A stretch of 64,000 bases of DNA from Candidatus Poribacteria bacterium (GTDB lineage: Bacteria > Poribacteria > WGA-4E > PCPOR2b): contig OZ220744.1 of assembly GCA_965116925.1 (NCBI GenBank), positions 4,352,001-4,416,000 on the forward strand, read 5' to 3'. Position 1 is the stretch's first letter, and every line of letters begins with the position of its first letter. A model generated the notes under the pieces. That model was not told the origin of the DNA. It saw only the letters and a list, made by a program, of their open reading frames with translations, and ran no database searches. The position numbers were made by a program, and so were the translations under genes. This document shows positions 1-10,300 of the stretch, one piece after another.

Positions 1-55
1 CCCCCAGCCTTCCTCGTTCTCTCGCTTTCTCGCCTGTTCGTTTTCCCGTTTTCAC

Positions 56-3000
56 TCAGGCTGATGCTATGAATGCTTTCCGCAGAAACCGTCCCGTATG
101 AGATTCCTCTGTAGCCATGATCTCCTCTGGTGTCCCCATGGCGACGACTTTCCCACCTTCAGCCCCGCCATCGGGACCTAGATCAATGATCCAATCGGCG
201 GATTTGATCACGTCCATGTTGTGTTCAATGATGACAATTGTGTTGCCTTTGTCTACCAAGCGGTTGAGTACCATCAGTAGCTTCTGTACATCATCGAAAT
301 GTAAACCTGTTGTCGGCTCGTCCATGATGTAGATAGTTTTACCGGTGCTCCGCTTTGAGAGCTCACGCGCCAGCTTGACCCGTTGAGATTCACCGCCAGA
401 GAGTGTTGTCGCCGCCTGACCGAGTTCAATGTAATCCAACCCAACGTCGTACAGCATCTGCAGCGGTCTATAGATAGTCGGTATGCTTTGGAAATGTTCT
501 AGTGCTTCCTGCACTGTCATCGCCAGAATATCAGCGATGTTTTTGCCCTTGTAGCGGATTTGTAACGTTTCGTGGTTATAGCCGGTTCCCCCACAGGTTT
601 CACATTTTACCCACACATCCGCGAGAAAGTGCATTTCAACCTTATTGAAGCCGTGCCCACGACATGTTTCGCACTGTCCTGTTTTCTGATTGAAGCTGAA
701 TCGACGGGAATCGAAACCGTGGACCTTAGCGTCCGGCAGATCGGCGAAGAGGTAGCGGATTTTGGTGAATAGGTCGGTGTAGGTGGCAGGATTTGACCGT
801 GGGGTATCCCCTATTGGCTGTTGATCGATGTTAATCACTTTGTCGAGATATTCCAACCCATAAATCGATCGATACTTTCCTGCCCGCATCCGCGTTCGGT
901 TCAGATTAGACACAAGCACAGGATACAGCGTCTCCTCAATCAATGAGCTCTTTCCTGAACCGGACACCCCCGTTACGCATGTCAGTGTCCCCAACGGGAT
1001 CTCGACATCAATATTCTGCAAGTTATTGGTTCGGACGCCTATCATCTCAATCCATTCGCCTTTGCCCTGACGTCTTTGCGGCGGGACTTCAATCTTGAGT
1101 TTCCCTGTGAGATAGCCACCCGTCAACGAATTTTCGCTCTGCTGGATTTCAGTCGGCGAACCGGCGGCGACAATCTCACCGCCAAACTTTCCTGCGCGGG
1201 GACCAAAATCGAGAATGTGATCCGATGCCAACATAGTTTCCAGGTCATGTTCAACAACTAGGACACTGTTACCGAGATCTCGAAGTCCTTTCAATGCGTT
1301 CAAGAGTCGTTCCTGATCTCGCTGGTGTAGTCCGATACTCGGTTCATCGAGGATGTACGTCACTCCTGTGAGTCCGCTGCCCAGTTGGCTTGCCAGACGG
1401 ATGCGCTGCATCTCTCCGCCTGAGAGACTAGGGGCGGGTCGATCTAGCGTCAGGTAGTGCAATCCAATATCGACGAGGAATCGGAGTCGTTGTTGGATCT
1501 CTTTGAGCAGTGTTCCGCCGATTTCCATCTGATGTGTTGATAGATCGAGGTGTTCAAAGAAGTCGGCAGTCCTACCAATCGGCATCGCTGTCGCTTCGGC
1601 GATGGTTTCCCCGCCCAACGTTACGCCTCTTGCTAGGGGTTGAATGCGCGTGCCCTCGCACTCCTGACAGGTATACAAACGTTGCCCGATTGTTCCAATA
1701 CCTTCGCACGCCGGACATTGACCGATAGAGCTGTTGAATGAGAAGTGACGGGGTGTCAGTTCAGGGAAACTCAAACCGCACGGGACACAGGCGAAGTGCT
1801 CGCTGAAGACATGATGTGTAATCTCCGATCTTCTACCCGCTCGCTTCCCTTCATTTATCACTCCCACCGCTACGGTGCCACCGCTCTGCTGTGTTGCTGT
1901 TTCAACCGCTTCTGCTAGGCGTCCCCGTTCATCGGGTTCAAGGGCGAGGCGATCGACGACAATTTTGACATCGTGTCGGATACTCTTTCCAATCTTCGGT
2001 GCCCGATCAATCGGGTGAACCTCCCCGTCAATTTCGACGCGAGCGTAGCCATCACGCTGTAAGCGCTGGAAAGCATCGGGATAATCCTCATTAGGTCGCA
2101 GCACCAGAGGGGACAAGACGTAAAGCCGAGCCCCACCTGCCAATGCCACGATTTTGTCAACGATTTGCTGTACGGATTGAACGCTGATTTCCGACCCGCA
2201 TTGCGGGCAGTGAGCCGTTCCGACTCGTGCATAAAGCACACGCAGATAGTCGTAAATTTCTGTGACTGTCCCGACCGTAGACCGTGGGTTTTTACTCGGA
2301 GCCTTCTGCTCAATCGCAATTGCTGGCGAGAGTCCCTCAATCTTCTCAACTTTTGGCTTCTCTAACTGTCCTAAAAATTGTCGTGCATACGCTGAAAGGG
2401 ATTCGACGTAGCGTCGTTGTCCTTCTGCATAGATTGTGTCCAATGCCAGCGACGATTTCCCAGAACCACTCACACCGGTGAATGTTGTGAACTTCCGGTG
2501 AGGAATATCTACGTTGATGTGCTTCAGATTGTGTTCATGCGCTCCGTGCACGGAGATGTATTTGGCATCTTCGGGCAGGTCATTACTCTGGGCAAGTTGA
2601 TAATTCCCTTCTGACTCATGAAGTTGGTTGGCAGGTTGGAAGATTGGAAGATTGGAAGATTGAGAGATTACCTTCCCAGCCTTCCCCCCTTCTCTCCTTT
2701 TCGGCTCTAGCACTGGTTGCAAAGCTATCCCTGTATACGATTCCTCAACGGCTGCTACCTCTTCCGGTGTCCCTGTTGCAACAACATAGCCCCCCTCTTC
2801 ACCCCCTTCGGGACCGAGGTCAATAAGATAGTCCGCTGTTTTTACTACCTCCAAGTTGTGCTCAATAACAATAACGGTATTACCCACACCGACAAGTTGG
2901 TGCAACACCTCTAGAAGTTTTTTCACATCGTCGAAGTGCAACCCGGTTGTTGGTTCATCGAGAATATAGAGGGTTTTGCCTGTGTTACGTTTAGCAAGCT

Positions 3001-5593
3001 CCCGTGCCAGTTTAATCCGTTGCGCTTCGCCACCAGAGAGCGTCGGTGCTGGCTGCCCAAGTTTTATGTAGTCCAAACCGACATCGTGCAGGGTTTGCAA
3101 AATCTTCGCAATTTTCGGAATGTTCACAAAGTGTTCTAACGCTTCTTGCACATCCATGTTGAGCACATCGGAAATATTGGCTCCCCGGTATTCAACTTGT
3201 AGCGTTTCGTCATTGTACCGTTTTCCTTGACAAATATTGCACTTTACCCAGACATCAGCGATGAAGTGCATTTCGATCCGCTTTGAGCCGTTGCCGTCGC
3301 AGGCTTCGCACCGACCACCCTTGACATTGAAACTGAAACGCCCCGGTTTATAACCACGCAGTTTCGCCTCAGCCATATCAGCGTAAAGCGCGCGGATCTG
3401 ATCAAACACTTTGGTGTATGTGGCAGGATTTGATCTCGGGGTGCGCCCAATCGGTGACTGATCAATGTCAATCACTTTATCGATGACTTCGTCAATTGGA
3501 GCTGAAGATGCACATTGTGTATGATCGCTCGAAGATTTTTCCTCTGTAGTGAACACCCGTATGAGATCATATTCTCCCGGTTGTGCATGTGCCTTCATCA
3601 GGTCGCGGGCAAGTGCTTCGTATAGAATATCGTTGATGAGCGAACTTTTGCCGGATCCACTGACACCGGTCACGCAGGTAAAAACTCCGAGTGGAACTCG
3701 CACATCAATATCTTTGAGGTTGTTGTGACGCGCGCCACAGACCTCGATCCATTGACTGCCAGTTGCACGACGTTCAATGGGAATTTCGATCTGTTGTTCC
3801 CCACGGAGATATTGTGCTGTCAGGGAGGTTGAATCCTTGGCAATCTCTTGCGGTGTGCCGATTGCCGCGATCTCACCGCCCTTGATTCCGGGTCCCGGTC
3901 CGAAGTCAACGATCATATCTCCCGCCCACATTGTATCTTCGTCATGTTCGACAACGATTACGGTGTTGCCTTGGTCTCGGAGATGCTTGAGCGTCGTGAG
4001 AAGGTGCTGATTATCGCGCGGATGCAAGCCGATACTCGGCTCGTCGAGGACGTAAACTACCCCTCGCAAGCCCGCTCCGATTTGACTGGCTAACCGAATC
4101 CGTTGCGATTCGCCGCCGGAAAGTGTGGGTGCGGTCCGATCTAAGGTGAGGTAGTGCAGCCCAACATTCATCAAGAACCAGAGGCGTCCCTGAATCTCTT
4201 TCAGCAGATCAGTCGCAATGAACGTCTCACGCTCCGGTAGTTGGAGTTTTTCAAAGAACTTGGAACAATCCCCTACTGCCATCTCAACGACATCAAGGAT
4301 GGATTGTCCGTCGATTGTCACGGCCTTGACCTCTGGCTTGAGTCGTGTCCCGTTGCAATCTGAGCATGTGCCGGACACCATGTATTTTCCGTAGTAACGT
4401 TTCACAAGTTCTGAGGTCGCTTGGAAATACTTCCGTTCTTCGGGGGGAATCACGCCTTCAAATGCGGCTTGGTATTTGTAGTGGCGATTGCGGCGGGAGC
4501 GATAGACGAAAGGAATCTGCTCTTTTCCAGTGCCATAAAGGATAGCGTGTTGGTGCTCCTCGCTCAACTGTTCCCACGGTGTATCAAGGCTAAAGCCGAA
4601 GTGTGCTGCCAAACTCTCGGCGTGATGTCGCGTCTGTAGGGTGCCGAGCTGCCCCCAAAAGACAATCGCCCCTTCCCGAATTGATTGCGTTGAATCAGGG
4701 ACAACCGTATCGGGATCCATCTTCGTTAGTGTTCCGAGTCCTTTACAGGTTGGGCACATCCCCGCAGGACTGTTGAAGGAGAAGTTTCGGGGGGCAGGGG
4801 GTTCGTAGCTGATGTTGCAGTGCACGCAGGTGTAATCCACCCCGAATAAGAGATCTCCCGCGTCCGGTTCTCCTTCGACAATGTTCACAATCAGGCGGCC
4901 CTCTCCCATACGCAGCGCGGTTTCAACCGCTTCTGCAACCCGGCTGCGAACATCAGGTTTGATGACGATTCGGTCAACGACGATTTCAATGTTATGTCGC
5001 TGGTTACGGTCAAGTTGAACTTCAGCCGGCAGGTCGTAGATCTGTCCATCAATTCGGGCCCGGACAAACCCCGCCTTGAGCGCGTCCTCAAGGTGCTCAC
5101 GATACTCTCCACGACGCCCACTGACAATTGGAGCAAGGATTAAGATGCGGGTCTGCGGTGGTAGGTTGACGATTTGGTCAATAATTGCTTCTGTGGTTTG
5201 GGCGCCCACCGGCGCGCCGCACTCTAGACAGTGCGGTGTGCCCACACGCGCAAACAGGACGCGCAGATAGTCATAAATCTCTGTGATCGTTGCGACCGTT
5301 GAGCGTGGGTTGTTCCCGCCTGACTTCTGATCAATCGAGATGGATGGGGAGAGACCACCGATGAAGTCAACGTCGGGTTTTTCCAATTGTCCAAGGAATT
5401 GGCGGGCGTAAGCGGAGAGCGATTCGATGTAGCGGCGTTGGCCTTCAGCGTAGACTGTATCGAATGCTAGCGATGATTTTCCGGAACCGCTGACACCGGT
5501 GAAAACGATGAGGTTGTCTTTAGGGAGTTTGAGATCGATGTTTCTGAGATTATGTTCGCGTGCGCCGCGGATATCAATGAATTCTTCCGGCAT
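56..5593 (-). CDS. uvrA: Excinuclease ABC subunit A, double-length (two UvrA units in one chain)
   Basis: Four Walker A motifs (GVSGSGKSS), four LSGGE signatures, two YAEGQRRY motifs, CxxC zinc fingers. Start placed at MPEEF (5593); the open frame extends to 5698. Confidence 0.95.
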   Translation of the reverse strand: MPEEFIDIRGAREHNLRNIDLKLPKDNLIVFTGVSGSGKSSLAFDTVYAEGQRRYIESLSAYARQFLGQLEKPDVDFIGGLSPSISIDQKSGGNNPRSTVATITEIYDYLRVLFARVGTPHCLECGAPVGAQTTEAIIDQIVNLPPQTRILILAPIVSGRRGEYREHLEDALKAGFVRARIDGQIYDLPAEVQLDRNQRHNIEIVVDRIVIKPDVRSRVAEAVETALRMGEGRLIVNIVEGEPDAGDLLFGVDYTCVHCNISYEPPAPRNFSFNSPAGMCPTCKGLGTLTKMDPDTVVPDSTQSIREGAIVFWGQLGTLQTRHHAESLAAHFGFSLDTPWEQLSEEHQHAILYGTGKEQIPFVYRSRRNRHYKYQAAFEGVIPPEERKYFQATSELVKRYYGKYMVSGTCSDCNGTRLKPEVKAVTIDGQSILDVVEMAVGDCSKFFEKLQLPERETFIATDLLKEIQGRLWFLMNVGLHYLTLDRTAPTLSGGESQRIRLASQIGAGLRGVVYVLDEPSIGLHPRDNQHLLTTLKHLRDQGNTVIVVEHDEDTMWAGDMIVDFGPGPGIKGGEIAAIGTPQEIAKDSTSLTAQYLRGEQQIEIPIERRATGSQWIEVCGARHNNLKDIDVRVPLGVFTCVTGVSGSGKSSLINDILYEALARDLMKAHAQPGEYDLIRVFTTEEKSSSDHTQCASSAPIDEVIDKVIDIDQSPIGRTPRSNPATYTKVFDQIRALYADMAEAKLRGYKPGRFSFNVKGGRCEACDGNGSKRIEMHFIADVWVKCNICQGKRYNDETLQVEYRGANISDVLNMDVQEALEHFVNIPKIAKILQTLHDVGLDYIKLGQPAPTLSGGEAQRIKLARELAKRNTGKTLYILDEPTTGLHFDDVKKLLEVLHQLVGVGNTVIVIEHNLEVVKTADYLIDLGPEGGEEGGYVVATGTPEEVAAVEESYTGIALQPVLEPKRREGGKAGKVISQSSNLPIFQPANQLHESEGNYQLAQSNDLPEDAKYISVHGAHEHNLKHINVDIPHRKFTTFTGVSGSGKSSLALDTIYAEGQRRYVESLSAYARQFLGQLEKPKVEKIEGLSPAIAIEQKAPSKNPRSTVGTVTEIYDYLRVLYARVGTAHCPQCGSEISVQSVQQIVDKIVALAGGARLYVLSPLVLRPNEDYPDAFQRLQRDGYARVEIDGEVHPIDRAPKIGKSIRHDVKIVVDRLALEPDERGRLAEAVETATQQSGGTVAVGVINEGKRAGRRSEITHHVFSEHFACVPCGLSFPELTPRHFSFNSSIGQCPACEGIGTIGQRLYTCQECEGTRIQPLARGVTLGGETIAEATAMPIGRTADFFEHLDLSTHQMEIGGTLLKEIQQRLRFLVDIGLHYLTLDRPAPSLSGGEMQRIRLASQLGSGLTGVTYILDEPSIGLHQRDQERLLNALKGLRDLGNSVLVVEHDLETMLASDHILDFGPRAGKFGGEIVAAGSPTEIQQSENSLTGGYLTGKLKIEVPPQRRQGKGEWIEMIGVRTNNLQNIDVEIPLGTLTCVTGVSGSGKSSLIEETLYPVLVSNLNRTRMRAGKYRSIYGLEYLDKVINIDQQPIGDTPRSNPATYTDLFTKIRYLFADLPDAKVHGFDSRRFSFNQKTGQCETCRGHGFNKVEMHFLADVWVKCETCGGTGYNHETLQIRYKGKNIADILAMTVQEALEHFQSIPTIYRPLQMLYDVGLDYIELGQAATTLSGGESQRVKLARELSKRSTGKTIYIMDEPTTGLHFDDVQKLLMVLNRLVDKGNTIVIIEHNMDVIKSADWIIDLGPDGGAEGGKVVAMGTPEEIMATEESHTGRFLRKAFIASA

Positions 5594-5790
5594 AGATTTT
5601 CCTTTGGCTGAAGATCTCTCCGTAATTATAGGCGATTCGATTTGGATCGAGTAATCGATGAGTCCCATTTTACCATAGATCCGAGGTGTCAGCAACACCG
5701 TTTTTCATGGTAATTGGAAGGACTAGTCGCGGCCGGTGGGCAGCCAATCAAATAAGTCCAAAGACATATATTTGTAATTCCATGAGGTTT

Positions 5791-5819
5791 AATATAGCAC
5801 ATATACGTTAAGTGGTCAA
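5791..5819 (-). promoter_or_regulatory. Putative sigma70 promoter for uvrA
   Basis: Minus strand TTGACC-N17-TATATT with TGn extended -10. Confidence 0.5.
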
Positions 5820-5837
5820 TACAAAATTGGTCACTAA

Positions 5838-7159
5838 TAGGGTCATTTAGTTTTTCCCGTTGATTAAGTTAAAAGCGTGTAGTGGGTGTGCGGCGCAATA
5901 GCGCATTGTTTGTGTGATACTATTGTATCCAGCAAATCGCAACACCGCTAGTGCGGTATTGCGCAAAGCACTCATTACCTGCGGAATCACACCGGAGCGC
6001 ACTTGAGAGGCATCTTCGCCTAAAACCACATCACGCACCCAATGAGACTGATTTTCAATGGTCCAATGTCCGCGTCGCAAAGTGAGTAAGTCCTTTGCTG
6101 ATGCCTCGGTTGGAGTTAGACTCGTTATCCCGTATTGGGTCTTTTGCTTCACTTGACCGGTTGATATGTCAATCCGTTCGTAACAACACTCAAACACTTG
6201 CTCAACTCCAGGCCACTGTATGTAATCGTTCAGTGCGGTACTTGCTGTCAACGTTCGTGTCTCAATGCGCCCATGGCTTTTTTCAACGGTTTGATAGGTA
6301 TCAAGCGTTTGGTTCAATTCGGTGTGCATCTGCTGAAGCGCGTTGTCAGTCGGTTGAGTTGCACTTATATCTGTCGGTGGGTCAAACAAACAGCGAATAT
6401 CGTGATGTAACTGTTTGTGATTCAATCCCACCGGCACCACATAATCGGCGTCCAAAGCACATACTTTTTGACAAAAGTCACGCTGTGTCAGCAGCGCATC
6501 CGTCGTTACGATTTTGCCTTTGACGTCAAAGGCGGAAAGTATCTCAGTGGAGATAGGGATTTCATTGGTTTTGGTATCGACTGCCTTTTGGGTAATCGTT
6601 ACCCCCAGTTGATGACTGACGACCGAGAGCAGATGGCTCACTGAGGCGTTTTGCTTGGCACTGCCACGAAGCGTTTTGCCATCAATAGCCACAGCCATTG
6701 AGCCTGACGCACCGGACACGCTTTGAAGGGTTTGAGTCACCCATTGGCTCAACACTGCCTCCAACTTGCCGATGTCCAATCGCTTAAACAGGTTATGTAA
6801 CGTCGCCGCACAAGGCGTTTGAGCGCGCGTAAAGCCAAGGGCTTGGATTAACGCAGGTGAATAGGTACGTCCCCATTGGGCTATCGCACTATAACTCCGA
6901 TACCCACACATGATTGCAATCACCGACAAGGCAAGAATCGCACACAAAGGGTGCCGCTTCCCTTTGGCGTTGCGGGGATCCGTAACTTCTGCTAAAATAT
7001 CTATCAAGTGACCAGACTTTGTTTGGGTCATATTTCACCTCAAAGGTTGTGGGAGATTTTTAAGGTGAAGTATAGCAAGTGCGGCATCAAATGTCACGCC
7101 GCACTTTCACTAAAAACATGGACATACACAAACAAAAGGCCGAAAACTAAATGACCCTA
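5838..7159 (-). mobile_element. Complete ISAs1-family insertion sequence (1322 bp)
   Basis: Perfect 17-bp TIRs TAGGGTCATTTAGTTTT (5838-5854; reverse complement at 7143-7159), flanked by the 9-bp direct repeat GGTCACTAA (5829-5837, 7160-7168). Confidence 0.95.
5847..7031 (-). CDS. ISAs1 family (H-repeat) DDE transposase
   Basis: DPR..GKRH, AIDGKTLRGS, KTNEIP, TTDALLTQ, HGRIETR, RGHWTIEN..HWVRDVVLGED motifs. Confidence 0.95.
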   Translation of the reverse strand: MTQTKSGHLIDILAEVTDPRNAKGKRHPLCAILALSVIAIMCGYRSYSAIAQWGRTYSPALIQALGFTRAQTPCAATLHNLFKRLDIGKLEAVLSQWVTQTLQSVSGASGSMAVAIDGKTLRGSAKQNASVSHLLSVVSHQLGVTITQKAVDTKTNEIPISTEILSAFDVKGKIVTTDALLTQRDFCQKVCALDADYVVPVGLNHKQLHHDIRCLFDPPTDISATQPTDNALQQMHTELNQTLDTYQTVEKSHGRIETRTLTASTALNDYIQWPGVEQVFECCYERIDISTGQVKQKTQYGITSLTPTEASAKDLLTLRRGHWTIENQSHWVRDVVLGEDASQVRSGVIPQVMSALRNTALAVLRFAGYNSITQTMRYCAAHPLHAFNLINGKN

Positions 7160-7166
7160 GGTCACT

Positions 7167-7198
7167 AAAAAACCTTGTCCCGATTATGCGAGACAAGG
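7167..7198 (-). terminator. Probable intrinsic terminator of the mfd-foldase-lptD cluster
   Basis: CCTTGTC...GACAAGG hairpin followed on the minus strand by a T6 run. Confidence 0.6.
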
Positions 7199-7339
7199 CG
7201 TTATATTATGGCGTATCTCGGTGATTATGTTACGCAAACTCTTGATTCCTGAGTGAAAAAAGGAGAGCATCTCTCAAGAGACACGAGGGATCACCGCTAA
7301 GCCGGAGAATTAGTCGTTTTTCGCACTGCGGGTTTGGCA

Positions 7340-10300
7340 TTAGAAGTAAGAGCGTCCAAGTGAGTTTCCAACCCCGAAGGAGTCGTAAGGAACGCCAGCG
7401 GGCAGGGTGCGGAATCCCCACGTGTCTGTTGTGGCATCATAGCCAACTCCGACTGAAGCGGCGGGTTCTGCAATCAGGTTAATCTGAAAGGTGAAGTCTT
7501 GTCGTACATTATCGAAGGGAGGTTCTCGCTTAATCCCGATGCGGTGCCATCGAATCGTCATGTTCCAATTGTGCAAGTTTCGCCGTAGCATTATACTTTG
7601 CGAGTAGAACTGTTTTTCGATCCAGTCATAATTGACACTAAGGTTCAATTCAAGTAATTGGCTTGGACGAAATCGAAAGCTACCTGTGAGACTTCGAGAG
7701 GCGTATTGCGTCCTTTTGGTAAAGGAATTTCCGAACGATATATTCCATTTATCGCGGCGATAACTGACGTTGGACCGGAAACCAACCTGTTTGAGTCGTT
7801 TTCCATCGAGGCGCGATTCGTTCGGGTCATGTGTCGACCTGAACGTGATATTCAGGTTTCGGCTCGCTAGCGGAACTATCGTCATTCTACTTTCAATCGG
7901 TACATATCGACGTTCACCCAACGCCTCAAATTTGGTGAAATCCGCTGCGATTCGTGTGCTAAAATTAAGCACGCGGAGTGCAGATCTACTGCCACGGGTT
8001 TTAACCTCAATACTGGTATCGAAGTTATAGGCGAGGTTTTTTCGTTCAAAGAAGTAGACACTAGGACCAAAAGGATAGAGTTGGGGAGCATCTTCTCTGT
8101 CAACAGGCGGTGAGTAATCAAATGATACCCTTGAGTTGATTTGGTGGCGCATCCGACGCGCCCCCGGAATGAAACTGATGTCATAGATCCGAAACAGCAG
8201 GTTGCTGGCAGACAACCGCGTACTGTATATACCCCGAAAAATATTCGGATTTCCCTCTCGGTCTTTGTCATGCCAGATGAGGTTTGTGTCGAGATCCGCG
8301 TCGAAGCGCAATTCTCGATTCGGCATTATTTGCAGTACCGACTGCTTACGAAGATCAAAACCGAGATCCATGGTTTGCAAGTAGACATCCTCTTCGTCTC
8401 GAAACCGTTCACGGAAAAAATTACCGAGATTCACATCTAAGTCAAAACTGGTGCTCTCAAGTGTTGGAAAAGCGAACATCGAAAGAATTGGGAGATCTGT
8501 GTGCAGCGCATCAGCAACCTTGGTTAGCCTAGAATTAATAGTTTTGAAAACAGGCAGCCGATCTAAACGCATACGTGAGAGCGCAAGTTCGAGTACAGGT
8601 AATTTTTGCAAGTTTGTTGTTCCTTCGCCGGTGAAGTCTAAAGTATGATTAACCTGTAGTCGTCCCAAGAACTCCCCGATTGTCTTGCTTGAAAATCTTA
8701 GGTTTCCCTCCTCATCTCTATCTTCCTGATCCAGTGCAGAATAGGAGGTTCCCCATGTGAGCACACCAAAAGAATTAACCATAGATTCATTGATTCCAAA
8801 TCCCTCCTCTTCAAAATCTTTTGCTCGCCACGCGACACGTCCCACAAAACTCACGGGTCGTCGTTGCCTCACTCGGTTATCCCAAGGGGTATAGAAGGTG
8901 TGCCGGTGCCCCCACCGCATATTCCATCGTCTCCCAGTTTTGAATGGCTGTCGGCGATCGAAAGAAAATTCATCATTGGTATAGAAGTAAAAGTCTCCCC
9001 TATAAGTTCGTCTTTTATCGATCTTAATTAGACGATACCCTTTACGGGTCTTGATTATTCCGGTATGCTCACCGCTATAGAGTCGCTGGGCTTGTGTGTA
9101 GATTACGGTCGGCATCTCCCAGCGCCCCCGGTAATCGTATTGTTGGTAGATCTGCACCTTCTCCGATTCTTCTGAGGGATCTACCACTTCACCGTCCCCA
9201 ATTTGATCGGGGTTCAAAGGAATTTGTGCACTATCTTCTGGTGTGCCTATATGGCTCTGCGCTTCCATTCTTTCCTCGTGCCCATTTATCTCTTTATCAC
9301 CCTGTCCCTCCGTTCCTTCTTCCAACTGTTCAATTCCAGTTTCTTCTGTCGGTGCAGCTTTCCCGAATTGCGCTTCCATCACCGCCCACTCCGCTTCAAA
9401 TTGACGTGCAATTTCTTCAAAGGTCGGGGTCGGCTCCCTTTCGATTAACTCAAGGATATAGACGCCTCGCTCGGTATTTATGGGCCAGGTTACCTCTCCA
9501 GGGCCCTCTAGTCGGGTTACAGGGTGTTTCCAACGTCGATCCATTTCATTCAACAGAAACCCTGCGCCTTCATTGGCTTCAGACAGTTCAACTCCCTCAT
9601 ATTGCCCTACTAACTCTTGGAGAACCTCCCCTGCTTCTGCGCGCTCTTGAATTTCCTTAGCGGTGGTTTGGATTGCGTTACGGGTCTCCTCGCTTGGTTC
9701 AATTGCTATATCAATTCGACGGATCTGGAGTTCTCGTTCACCATATACATCAAGCACACGATCAACCATTAAAATGTGGAAACCAGATTCCGTTCTCAGA
9801 ATCGGCGTGATTTCGCCGGGTTCTAGTTGAAAGACTGCCTCTTCAAGGATAGGATCCAGCCGCAGTTCATCTTCCTCATCGCGCTCTCCGCGCACCAAAA
9901 ATCCCATGTCGCCCCCCTGATAGCGCGTGTCCTGATCGGTCGAGTCAGCTTTTGCAATCTCTGCAAAGTCCCCGTTTGCTTCCTGTAGTTGGGCATGGAT
10001 GTTTTCTACCTTTTCACGAGCAGCGGCGATATCTTCTTCAGAGATTTGATATTCCAGAAACAGTTGTCGCAGCTTATACCGGTCATACTCGCCCTCCAGC
10101 CGATCCGCTAACTCCTGTGCTTTTTCCTCTAGTTTCGTCCGTTCACTTGGCGTTGCATTGGGAGGAATAGGTACAATGATTTCTTGGAACTTGGCATCAT
10201 TTACACGGTATTTGCCGTCAGCACCGAGCCCACTTCCTCGACGAGCAGAATGATCAAACAGCAGGGCACTGTCATATCGAAATCGGCGTGCAAGTGGCAA

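Noticed and set aside
5594..5698. N-terminal extension of UvrA in the ORF track
   Set aside because: UvrA homology begins at [11 protein letters not shown]; the extension starts from a non-ATG codon
5700..5830. LexA/SOS box upstream of uvrA
   Set aside because: No CTGT-N8-ACAG or GAAC-N4-GTTC match seen; a lineage-specific box cannot be judged
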